Source: Eledone cirrhosa
Taxonomy: Eukaryota
Assembly: GCA_964016885.1 (NCBI GenBank)
Contig: OZ024747.1
Coordinates: 78,740,001 to 78,804,000 of the forward strand
DNA length: 64,000 nt
Direction: 5' to 3'
In this document: piece after piece, positions 41,277-55,939 of the stretch
Position numbering within the stretch: the stretch's first letter is position 1
Layout of the letters: each line of letters begins with the position of its first letter
The notes under the pieces: generated by a model
What the model was told of the DNA's origin: nothing
Seen by the model: the letters and a program-made list of their open reading frames with translations, nothing else
Databases searched by the model: none
Position numbers and translations under genes: made by a program

Positions 41277-43146
41277 CTCTTCCCAAGAAATGATTCTTAA
41301 GAAAACAGAAGCTATCATTGACAGACATAAACTGCCTAGAGTATGCAGCTGCTCTACTTACAGTGTTAACAAAGTTCATATGCAATGTAAGAAAGAATTC
41401 ACTAACATTAAATTGAATGCCAGAAAAAATATAGGGTTATAGAGAAAAGATCTGTTAATATTGCCACATCTACCAGTAATAATTACACTGAAACTGGTAA
41501 AAATATAGCAGACTTGAGGGAAACAGCTGAAATAATTAAACAATATTAGAAAGTATAAAATAAAATGTAATTCTTTGGACAGAACAAAATTTCTTGGGCA
41601 AATCTAAAACATATTCTTTAGAGCTGATGAATAAAACACACTGATCACTACATGCCCAGATGAAACATTCATAAGGAACCTTGAAGGAGTTATGAAAGAA
41701 AGATCTGTTTCATATTAACCCATTTTGATATCAAACCATCTGAATCTGTTCATTCTATGATAGAAAACTATTCATTTAAAAACGTTTGTATTTATGTAAA
41801 CACTTTCCATCATAATTTTAAGTGAGAACATTTGTGAAGTTTTAAATACCTGGTAAACATTAAAAAAGTTAGTTACAATACTAAATCACACCAAATTCTT
41901 GATTATTTGAAAATCATAGGTAGTGTCTTTTATTAGAAATATAATAACAAAAGGGTTATAAATTCCTAATTGTTGCAAACAGCAAAAGAAAAGCTAAATA
42001 ACTACATTACTAAAATGGAAGGCAATCTCATAAAAAGAGGTTAGAGAGAGTCTGACATCCAAAAATTAAAACTCAGTAGAAAACAACAGTACTTCATATC
42101 TCTAGGGAACTATATGTCTGTTACAGTCATGAATCCTTCAACTAAAACACTCAGTAAACTCAATAACAAATAAAAAATAAATAAAGTGACAAAAATAAAT
42201 AGGAAACCAAAGAAAGACAAGTATTTCACAGCCATTTTCCCTGCTAAAACAGGGGGGCTCAGCCTCACAGGTTCAATTCCTGGATCAAGCAACCTCATAG
42301 GAGGCCAGCTATATCTGCAGGTGTGAACAATTTTATTTCAGCTCTGTGGGTTCCATGGCAGACTTAATCATGTTTTGTTGTGGTATTTTTTATTTTTGTG
42401 TAAGGCAATGTTTTACAACCAGATGCTCTTCTTGGGGCCAACACATTTTGTCACCTCTTACACCATGCAGGGATATTGTGTAACTGTTCTGAACCAAATA
42501 AATACAGCTGCTGGGAAACACACACTCTTGAAGGATTTTGAAGAACAGAACTATTTAACTAAAGTCTGTGACACATCAGAACTCCAGTCAAGAGACGAGT
42601 TAATTAAATAACAAACCATATCGCTGTTATATACATATTGATCCTATAAAGAAACCAGATAGTAAAGACAGGTGTGAATTGAATTTAGAAATATTCAAGT
42701 ACCTAACTGAATCCTCTAAATATGGTTCACTACAAATTGCACTCCTAAATCCAACAATAAAATTGGTTTAAAAATATATAAAACTTTAAAATAACAGTAG
42801 CGTCAAAAATAAATAGAAAAAAAAAATCGACGGAATGAAGAAACCAAAAATACAAAATGATAAAAAGGAAAGAAAAAAAAACGAATTTAATGCCAAAAGA
42901 ATTAGTGGTAAGTCAGCAAATAATAAAAAGAAAAAAAGAGAAAATACACAAACATTGGTAAAATCTATATTTCATGGGAGATATATACCATTAAATTCTT
43001 TGTAGATTATTATACTTCTCGAGAAGACGTACAATCTGTCACTCTATCTATCTATCTATATATATCTAACAGACATAAATGCAGACATGCATACATATAT
43101 GTATATTTATGCATATGTATTCACACACACACACACATATATATTC

Positions 43147-43190
<44 letters not shown>

Positions 43191-43846
43191 CATACATACA
43201 TACACACACAATAATATATATGCATAATATATATATATACAATAATATATATATATGCATAATATATATATACATAATATATACATAATATATATACATA
43301 ATATATATATACATAATATATACATAATATATATATATACATATATATATACATAATATATATATATACATATATACATACATGTATATATATATACACA
43401 CACACACACACATATATATATACACATATATACACACACACACACATATATATATATCATATATACATATATATACACATATTCATATACATACACAAGC
43501 ACACAGACACGCACACATGAACAAACAGCTGATTTTAGAAAGACAAAAATAACTTTTTAAAGAAGACATAAATAGCTGTGCACAGGAATAGCAATGAGCA
43601 GAGTGAGGGAGGGGCGAGAGGTATGAGGGAGAGGAGCATCACATAACATATGCCAGCAGTCAGTGCACACACATAGAGAGAGAGAGAGAGAGAGAGAGAG
43701 ACTTGTTAGAACATCAAGAAGAGAACAACAGCTTAGTATGAGTTGATATAGCACCAGAAATCAATATTCTTATACTGCGACCTACATTGAATAGCACTGG
43801 ATGTGTGTCAGCATTCAACAATTGATGCATCAATAGATGTTGTGTC

Positions 43847-43922
<76 letters not shown>

Positions 43923-44095
43923 CGTGTGTGTGTGTGTGTGTGTCTGTGTGTGTGACTGTGTGCCTGCATGTGTGTGTGTGGGTGTATGTCTGCATGTGAG
44001 AGAGAGGTGGGTGTAGAGAGAAAAAATGGATAATTAAATATGGACACAAAACCACATGAGACACCAGAGGTCAATTTGTTTAAATGCTAATTGAG

Positions 44096-44154
<59 letters not shown>

Positions 44155-44329
44155 TGGTGTGAGGTGTTCAGAATTTGGAGGCAATGTGTTAGGGAAAATT
44201 GTGATGATGTTGGAGAGAAGTGTGTCCAAGATGATAAAGGAGTTCTTGCCCTCTTGGACACTGAAAAAAAAATGTCGCAAGGAAGAGCCATTATGACAGA
44301 TTACTGAATGAGGAGAATGCATGGGAGAA

Positions 44330-44742
44330 AGATGACCTACCCCAAGTAGACCCTACAGAGATCTCTGGTGTTATGCAGTAATACAGAAGACCCGCCTTCC
44401 CACGAGCACACGTTGAAACATACATCTAGTATACACCACCTTCCTCTCCATACCCCTTCCATACATCTCCCACATCGTAACACACCACACCTCATACATA
44501 TCCCTAGATATACCCTGCCCCACCCAAATCCACAGCCAACACTGTAAAGTGTACGTGTAGGTGTCACAACAAAAAGCACCCAGTACTCACTGTAACTGTG
44601 GTTGGTATTAGGAAGGGCATCCAGCCATAGAAACCAAGCCAAAACCAGTTCTGAACAATTCATGGACATCTGACCTGGTTTGTCTCACAGCAGAACTCGA
44701 CTAACCCATAGTAGTGTGGAAAAATGTACATTAAATGATGAT
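44330..44742 (+). mobile_element. Decayed RTE 3' UTR fragment with (GAT)n tail
   Basis: acagagatctctggtgttatgcagtaatacagaagacccgcc and gtattaggaagggcatccag match 55155-55603. Confidence 0.75.
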
Positions 44743-45274
44743 TAAATTATATATATATATACATATATACACACACATAAATATACATACACATATATAC
44801 ATATATGCATGCATATACACATACATACACACACATATATACATAGATGTAGATATATTATGTAATTTGGTAACCAAAATTCCAAGTCATACTGAAAGGT
44901 TTCATGCAGTCCTGTCTAGCCAGCTGTTCTCAATAGTGGGTTGAAAAGAATAACATAACGGTTTAACATATCAAGTGACAAATGACGTAATAAGCTGGTT
45001 GTGTAGCTCATCACATCAAGGGCCTCTCATATGCACCAAGAATGTCTTAAAGTTTATGAGAAGGATCTTGTGTACTAAGATTGTCTTTCTTAAAGTTTAT
45101 GAGAAGGAACTTGTGAAATTAACTGGAAATTTAGAAATGAAAGAATACAAAACATTGTATGGAATTTTTTTTCTTTTCCTGGACAAAACACCAATGTTTA
45201 GAAATAGGTAAAGTTATAACGAGAAATTGCTTACTTTGAATTAAAACTTGCAGTATAATCAAATTCTATCATTA

Positions 45275-45548
45275 TCCACCGCAAGGTGGTCGTGGAGGTG
45301 CCACGGCAAAAAAGCACCCAGCCCACACTGTAAGGTGGACATGTAGGCGCCACGAAAAAGCACCCAGCACTCACTGTAAATGAGGTTGGTGTTAGGAAGG
45401 GCATCCAGCTGTAGAAATCAAGCCAAATCAGTTCCTGTATGAGCAAGGCATGGTCAGCTGACCAGACACTGCCCACAACAGGACAACCCGTCTAACCCAT
45501 GCTAGCGTGGAAGAACGGACGTAAAACAGTGATGATGATGATGATGAT
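45275..45548 (+). mobile_element. RTE 3' UTR / RTE-tailed SINE fragment
   Basis: ggtgttaggaagggcatccagctgtagaaa...aacccatgctagcgtggaa...(gat)n. Related tails occur near 22-160, 6950-7145, 16640-16850, 31350-31503 and 56130-56285. Confidence 0.8.
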
Positions 45549-45630
45549 CTACTATATTTAACCCTTTTGATACCAACCCACCCAAAAGCAGCTCTGATTC
45601 TATGAAACAAAACCACTCAATTTAAAGCAT

Positions 45631-45870
45631 TGGAATGGACATATGCACATGGATGATGATGGTTGGGTGAAGAAGTGCTAGGAGATCCCAGTGGTAAGAA
45701 GTCGCAGGAGAGGTAGACTAAGGAAGACCTGGGCAGAAGTGGTGAGAGGTGATCTCAAGTTGCAGAGACTCCCAGAGACAAAGGAACATGGTGAGTGGAG
45801 AGATTCTGTGCTGCAAAGGACCTGTCCAACCCATGCGAGCCTGGAGAAATGGATATAAAAACGATGATGA

Positions 45871-45873
<3 letters not shown>
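45631..45873 (+). mobile_element. Decayed RTE C-terminus and 3' end (second subfamily)
   Basis: WNGHMHMDDDGWVKKC*EIPVVRSRRRGRLRKTWAEVV followed by a (gat)n tail. Confidence 0.75.
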
Positions 45874-45906
<33 letters not shown>

Positions 45907-46507
45907 AAGAGAGAGAGAAGTGACTAGCATTCTAGATGTAGGAACAATAGTTTAGTGTTAAACAAACACATACCTTTATACAATTTGAATTATCTAGTTT
46001 GCAAAAGAAGAAATCATTCTTTGTAATACAATCTCAGGTTTTTAGATCAACATGAGATCAACATGAGAGGTCATCTTTTGCATCAAATGTGGTGGTTTTA
46101 GTTGAGTGTAGTTCATGAATTGTATGACTTCTCAGATATGTAGTATGTGTTTTCGTGTTGAATACAATGTTTGACAGAAATGAAAGTTACTCATATATAA
46201 TCCTGTATGTCATTTATATATACATGCTGAAAATATATGTAACTATGAACTAGAAATAAATAAAAAAAATACAACATTTTTATCTTTAATGACTTCCATC
46301 TGTCGACATAAACTATAGGGTTTCTCTTATGCAAACTATTAGTTTATCAAAACACAAATTTCCCAGTTTGTGTGATTGTAATCCAATTCTGGACTCGAAA
46401 AATTAAATACCTTCAGTGACATTACCATCATTATTCATGGCACTGGTCCACTAGTTTACAAATATAGGCTTGATATGCTTGAAAACTACATTACCTCTTA
46501 ACCCTTT

Positions 46508-46707
46508 NNNNNNNNNNNNNNNNNNNNNNNNNNNNNNNNNNNNNNNNNNNNNNNNNNNNNNNNNNNNNNNNNNNNNNNNNNNNNNNNNNNNNNNNNNNNN
46601 NNNNNNNNNNNNNNNNNNNNNNNNNNNNNNNNNNNNNNNNNNNNNNNNNNNNNNNNNNNNNNNNNNNNNNNNNNNNNNNNNNNNNNNNNNNNNNNNNNNN
46701 NNNNNNN
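46508..46707. other. Assembly gap (200 N)
   Basis: Run of N. Confidence 1.
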
Positions 46708-46753
46708 TATATTATATATATGCATATATATATATATGTATATATATATATGC

Positions 46754-46830
<77 letters not shown>

Positions 46831-46835
46831 TATGC

Positions 46836-46872
<37 letters not shown>

Positions 46873-46887
46873 TATATGCATATATAC

Positions 46888-46939
<52 letters not shown>

Positions 46940-46953
46940 GTATATATATATGC

Positions 46954-46989
<36 letters not shown>

Positions 46990-46991
<2 letters not shown>

Positions 46992-48618
46992 CATCATCAT
47001 CATCATCATCAGGTTTAGCGTCCGTGTTCCACGCTTGCATGGGTTTGGACGGGGGTTTTCCCACTTGAGGCAAGAGTGGTTGTCTTGCTCGCATAGGACT
47101 GTCTGGCGGGTTTTCTACAGTTGGATGCCCTTCCTAACACCAACCACATTTACAGTGTGGGGCTGGGAGGTTTTTACCGTGTTGCCTACACGGCCACATT
47201 ACAGCGTGGACTGTCTGGCGGGTTTTCTACAGCTGGATGCCCTTCCTAACACCAACCACATTTACAGTGTGGGGCTGGGAGGTTTTTACCGTGTTGCCTA
47301 CACGGCCACATTTACAGCGTGGACTGTGTGTTTTTTGTCGTGACACCGACACGATCTCATTTGTTTCGGCCTGGATGTTGTGGGACCAACATAACTTTAC
47401 ATTGAAAGGGGCGGTGTGGGTGGGGTGGAGGTGGTGGGACGGGGGTGTGTTTTGATAGAGGTGCCTACTGACTGTAGTAGGTTTTTACTTTGTATTTAGG
47501 TAAGGCGGGTCTTCTCTATTACTGAGTACCGCCAAAGGTCTCGGTCCAGTGACATTGTCTTGGAGAGGTGTAAGCGTGTGAGGTCGGAATTTATCAGCTC
47601 GTCCCATGTTTTTCTGGGTCTGCCTACTCCGTGGCTACCGTCTATCTTTATTGCCCTGCACTTTGTTATACAGCTGTCGTCTTTCATGCGCATCACGTGA
47701 CCGTACCAACGTAGCCTTCTCTCGAGTAAACAACATCTGATCCCTCTTATTTCTAATTTTTTCCTTAGTTCGTTTATGCTTTGCCGTTCACGTATATTAC
47801 TATTGCACATCCAGCGGAGCATGCAAGCTTCGTTCCTCTCTAGTCTGCGTATATCCTCTGCACACAATGCCCAGGTCTCACTGCCATGCAGCATTGCTGT
47901 TCGTATGCAGGCATCGTATAACCTGCCTTTCATTTTTAGGGAGAACCCTCTAGCGGCTAATAGTGGTATAAGCTCTCTGAACTTTTTCCATCCAGTTCTG
48001 ACTCTAGCTACTGTACTTTCAGAGCACCCTCCCCCACTGCTGATTTTGTCACCCAGATAACGGAAGCTGTCCACTATTTCTATAGAACCCTCTGCGCAGT
48101 TGAAGGAGCTAGTATTTTGTGGCCACTTGCTGCTACTTATTGCACCAGAGCACCGGCCACATGTAAAATCTATGTTCTTAGTTAGCTTACCTGTGATCCC
48201 ACTACATCTTTTATGCACCCATACTTTGCATTTGGGACATAAAATGGAGTTTCTACCTACGCCTTTCCTACACACTGAGCATGGCCATTTCCCCGATGGG
48301 ACCGCCGCCTTATTTTCTTTCCTACAAACTAGAACTTTAGTCTTAGCCAGGTTAATTTTAAGGTAGTCTTAGCCAGGTTAATTTTAAGGCCTTTTGATTC
48401 TAGGCCGTGCTTCCACGTTTGGAATTTCTTCTCTAGTTCGGTCATTGATTCAGCTATGAGCGTTAGATCATCTGCGTATAGGAGTTCCCATGGGCAGCCG
48501 GTCTTGAACTCCTCTGTTATAGCCTGAAGGGCAATAATAAATAGTAGGGGGCTAAGTACAGAGCCCTGATGGACACCAACTTTTACGCTAAACTCTTCAC
48601 TATATTCGTTGTTAATTC
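46990..48618 (-). mobile_element. 5'-truncated young RTE-clade LINE with (GAT)n tail
   Basis: RT motifs [20 protein letters not shown] and FRYLG, C-terminal RRLRWYGHVMR and GRPRKTW; stop at 47496. The 3' UTR has a 112-bp tandem duplication (47096-47320). Confidence 0.95.
47496..48618 (-). pseudogene. Partial RTE reverse transcriptase ORF, frameshifted by a 26-bp tandem duplication
   Basis: tagtcttagccaggttaattttaagg occurs twice at 48338-48389 and splits the ORF, which is otherwise open. Confidence 0.9.
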
Positions 48619-48640
48619 TATATATATATATATATATATA

Positions 48641-48674
<34 letters not shown>

Positions 48675-48818
48675 TATATGCATATATATATATATATATA
48701 TATATGCATATATGCATATATATATATATATATATATATATGCATATATATATATATATATATATATGCATATATATATATATATATATATATGCATATA
48801 TATATATATATATATATA

Positions 48819-48912
<94 letters not shown>

Positions 48913-48962
48913 TATATATATATATATATATATATGCATATATATATATATATATATATATA

Positions 48963-48996
<34 letters not shown>

Positions 48997-49048
48997 TATA
49001 TATATATATATATATATATATGCATATATATATATATATATATATATA

Positions 49049-49104
<56 letters not shown>

Positions 49105-49128
49105 TATATATATATATATATATATATA

Positions 49129-49184
<56 letters not shown>

Positions 49185-49398
49185 TATATATATATATATA
49201 TATATATATGCATATATATATATATATATGTATATATGCATATATATATATATATATATATATATGCATATATATATATATATATATATGTATATATGCA
49301 TATATATATATATATATATGTATATATGCATATATATATATATATATATATATATGCATATATATATATATGCATATATATATATATATATATATATA

Positions 49399-49465
<67 letters not shown>

Positions 49466-49468
49466 GCA

Positions 49469-49781
<313 letters not shown>

Positions 49782-49795
49782 GTATATATATGTAA

Positions 49796-50478
<683 letters not shown>

Positions 50479-50502
50479 TATATGTGTATATATATATATA
50501 TA

Positions 50503-50535
<33 letters not shown>

Positions 50536-50554
50536 GTGTATATATATATATATA

Positions 50555-50585
<31 letters not shown>

Positions 50586-50604
50586 GTGTATATATATATA
50601 TATA

Positions 50605-50663
<59 letters not shown>

Positions 50664-50706
50664 GTGTATATATATATATATATATATGTGTATATATATA
50701 TATATA

Positions 50707-50873
<167 letters not shown>

Positions 50874-50892
50874 GTATGTATATATATATATG

Positions 50893-50957
<65 letters not shown>

Positions 50958-51107
50958 ATATATATGCATATATATATACATATATATACATATATATATA
51001 TATGCATATATATATACATATATATACATATACATATATATATACATACATATATATATACATATATACATATACATATACACATATATATATATACATA
51101 TATATAT

Positions 51108-51744
51108 GGTGGCTGCCAACTCGTTTTCGAGTACGGCCACTACTTTACATCCATGTAGGATAACCCCTACTGAAGCGCTGAACGAGTGTGACTTTTTAGT
51201 CCAGCCAGCGACTTGAAACCTCTGGTACAAACACTACACCTGTGACAATTATTGACACATAGTGCTAGGCCCATGATAGGACAATTATTGACACATAGTG
51301 CTGGGCCCATGTGAGGACAAGTGCAGAGAGATCTCCAGATATAAAGCAATGCCTGTGCCGTGAAGCTTTTATAGTGAGCAAAGGCACTGCACAAAGCCAG
51401 TCCCACTCTCTTAACCAAGATGCTATTTACCAAAAAGAAGAACAAGTCAACATCATTGGATACCATCAGGGTTGCAGGTGTTATATCAGAGTTTTCCTTC
51501 TCCTAGAATTCTGCCTTGACTAAGGCTAAAGGGGTCATCTCTCCCGGTGATTTTGGATGGCCATTGACTCTTAAGAGCTCCTTTGCCCTTTGACAGGTTT
51601 TGTTTTTAGTCCTGCAGGATGTCCAAAGTCACCCTCCTCACCAAGAAACCTTGGTGGGGTTGCCAGTTTAGTCGCCAACGACCCGACCATGAGACAGGTT
51701 GTACTGGGATACATGTTACCAGTAGCACCAACTGGTGACCTGAC
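51108..51744 (-). mobile_element. Non-autonomous bipartite RTE derivative (5' UTR fused to 3' end)
   Basis: The 5' part has an RTE-5'UTR-like ctaggagaaggaaaactctga. The 3' part encodes a zinc-finger-like [20 protein letters not shown] ending in a stop, then a short 3' UTR ending ggcagccacc(ta)n. No EN or RT is present. A 36-bp tandem duplication (51244-51311) lies near the junction. Confidence 0.7.
51663..51740 (-). ncRNA. HDV-like ribozyme fold (probably decayed)
   Basis: GGUCA(P1); accagu-uggugcu-acuggu J1/2 hairpin; CCAGU(P2); aca aCC uguc uca; UGGUC(P1'); GG(P1.1); gUCG-uugg-CGA(P4); CUAA(J4/2); ACUGG(P2'). P3 is mismatched. Confidence 0.62.
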
Positions 51745-52062
51745 ATATATATATACATATATATATACATATATATATATACATATATATATACATATAC
51801 ATATATACATATACATATATACATATATATATACATATATATATACATATATACATATATATATATACATATATATATACATACATACATATACATATAC
51901 ATATATATATACATATACATATATATATACATATACATATATATATACATATACATATATATATATACATATATATATACATATACATATATATATATAC
52001 ATATATATATATACATATACATATATATATACATATATATATACATATATATATACATATAC

Positions 52063-52094
<32 letters not shown>

Positions 52095-52156
52095 ATATAT
52101 ACATATACATATATACATATATATATATACATATATATATACATATATATATATAC

Positions 52157-52201
<45 letters not shown>

Positions 52202-52216
52202 CATATATATATATAC

Positions 52217-52359
<143 letters not shown>

Positions 52360-52644
52360 CATATATATATATACATATATATATATACATATATATATAT
52401 ACATATATATATACATATATATATATACATATATATATATACATATATATATATACATATATATATATACATATATATATATACATATATATATACATAT
52501 ATATATATACATATATATATACATATATAAATATACATATATATATACATATATATATATACATATATATATACATATATAAATATACATATATATATAT
52601 ACATATATATATATACATATATATATATACATATATATATATAC

Positions 52645-52689
<45 letters not shown>

Positions 52690-52706
52690 CACATATATAT
52701 ATATAC

Positions 52707-52753
<47 letters not shown>

Positions 52754-52896
52754 CATATATATATATACATATATATATATATACATATATATATATACAT
52801 ATATATATATACATATATATATATACATATATATATATACATATATATATATACATATATATATATACATATATATATATACATATATATATATAC

Positions 52897-52950
<54 letters not shown>

Positions 52951-52974
52951 ATATACATATACATATATATATAC

Positions 52975-53006
<32 letters not shown>

Positions 53007-53087
53007 ATATACATATACATATATATATACATATATATATACATATATATATACATATATATATACATATATATATATATATACACA

Positions 53088-53119
<32 letters not shown>

Positions 53120-53292
53120 CATATATATATATACATATACATATATATATATACATATACATATATATATATACATATACATATATATATATACATATAC
53201 ATATATATACATATACATATATATATATACATATACATATATATACATATACATATATATATATATACATATACATATACATATATATATAC

Positions 53293-53323
<31 letters not shown>

Positions 53324-53458
53324 CATATATATATACATATATATATATATATACATATATACATATACATATACATATATATATACATATATATATATAT
53401 ATACATATATATACACATATATATATATACATATATATACACATATATATATATATAC

Positions 53459-53501
<43 letters not shown>

Positions 53502-53686
53502 TATACACATATATATATATATATACATATATATACACATATATATATATATACATATATATACACATATATATATATATATACATATATATACACATAT
53601 ATATATATATATACATATATATACACATATATACATATATATATATACATATATATATATACATATATATATACATATATATATAC

Positions 53687-53721
<35 letters not shown>

Positions 53722-53732
53722 CATATATATAC

Positions 53733-53764
<32 letters not shown>

Positions 53765-53857
53765 ATACATATACATATATATATACATATACATATATAT
53801 ATACATATATATATATACATATACATATATATATACATATATATATATACATATACA

Positions 53858-53914
<57 letters not shown>

Positions 53915-54114
53915 CGACAAATTCCTCCAAGTAATCCCGGACAAACCACCCACACCCGGATATGTCTCCGCAAACAGTAATTCTCTTCTCGAATGGGCCA
54001 TGGTGCCCAAATCCTGAATTGAAAGACTTCGCCAGGTGGTGCTATTAAGTTAGACATGGCCTGGGCCAATACTGGCCAAAACATTTCAAAGTTATTCAAA
54101 GTTATTCAAAGTTA
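53915..54114 (+). mobile_element. 3' end of a CR1/L2-like LINE
   Basis: Frame [33 protein letters not shown] (stop 54015-54017), 3' stem-loop ggcca-atac-tggcc, and tail (TTCAAAGTTA)3. Confidence 0.7.
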
Positions 54115-54227
54115 TATATATATATATACATATATATATATGTATATATATATACATACATATATATATATGTATATATATATACATATATATATATATA
54201 TGCATATATATATATATATATACATAT

Positions 54228-54260
<33 letters not shown>

Positions 54261-54263
54261 TAC

Positions 54264-54313
<50 letters not shown>

Positions 54314-54328
54314 GTATATACATATATA

Positions 54329-54360
<32 letters not shown>

Positions 54361-54375
54361 CATATATATACATAC

Positions 54376-54451
<76 letters not shown>

Positions 54452-54479
54452 GTATACATATATATATATATATATATAC

Positions 54480-54537
<58 letters not shown>

Positions 54538-54703
54538 ATACATACATACATACATACATATATATATATATACATATATATACATACATATATATATATA
54601 TACATATATATACATACATATATATACATATATATATATACATATATATACATACATATATATACATATATATATATACATATATATACATATATATATA
54701 TAC

Positions 54704-54740
<37 letters not shown>

Positions 54741-55076
54741 CATATATATATATACATATATATACATATATATATATACATATATATACATATATATATA
54801 TACATATATATACATATATATATATACATATATATACATATATATATATACATATATATACATATATATATATACATATATATATATACATATATATACA
54901 TATATATATATACATATATATACATATATATACATATATATATATACATATATATATATACATATATATACATATATATACATATATATATATATACATA
55001 TATATATATACATATATATATATATATGCATATATATATATATATATGCATATATATATATGCATATATATATATA

Positions 55077-55603
55077 GGCAGACCTAGAAAAACCTGGGAC
55101 GAGCTGATAAACTCCGACATCACACACTTACACCTCTCCAAGACAATGTCACTGGACCGAGACCTTTGGCGGTACTCAGTAACAGAGAAGACCCGCCTTA
55201 CCTAAATATATAGTAAAACCTACTCCAGCCAGTAGGCATCTCTAACAAAATACACCCCGTCCCACCACCACCACCCCCACCCGATCCACACCACCCCGTT
55301 CTATGTAAAGTTATGTTGGTGCCGCGCCATCGAGGCCGAAACAAATGAGATCGTGTAGGTGTCACGACAAAAAAACACACAGTCCACGCTGTAATGTGGC
55401 CGTGTAGGCAACACGGTAAAAACCTCCCAGACCCACACTGTAAATGTGGTTGGTGTTAGGAAGGGCATCCAACTGTAGAAAACCTGCCAGACAGTCCTAT
55501 GCGAGCAAGACAATCACTCTTGCCTCAAGTGGGACTACCCCCGTCCAAACCCATGCAAGCGTGGAACACGGACGTTAAACGTTGATGATGATGATGATGA
55601 TGA
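55077..55603 (+). mobile_element. Second, severely 5'-truncated copy of the RTE, inverted relative to 46990-48618
   Basis: [42 protein letters not shown], the same 3' UTR without the 112-bp duplication, and a (gat)n tail. Confidence 0.95.
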
Positions 55604-55634
55604 TATATATGCATATATATATATATATATATGC

Positions 55635-55675
<41 letters not shown>

Positions 55676-55692
55676 TGCATATATATATATAT

Positions 55693-55939
55693 CACAGAAA
55701 AAAAGAGAATCAGTGGTGCGACGAATGCCATTTATTGGACATTTTACAATTGTTTCTCTGGCGACCAGCTTGAGGCATGATCGGTGTGATGATCGAACCT
55801 GACCCTGAAAATTGCAAGGTGCTCAGATACCTCTTGATTCTACGAAGCAGATCGTGCCACGAGCTGGTCCCCACAGAAACGATTGTAATATCTCCAATAA
55901 ATTCCATTCGTCGCACCGCTGATTCTCTTTTTTCCTGTG
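55693..55939. mobile_element. Fold-back MITE with ~100-bp imperfect TIRs
   Basis: cacagaaaaaaagagaatcagtggtgcgacgaat... pairs with ...attcgtcgcaccgctgattctcttttttcctgtg. Confidence 0.85.
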
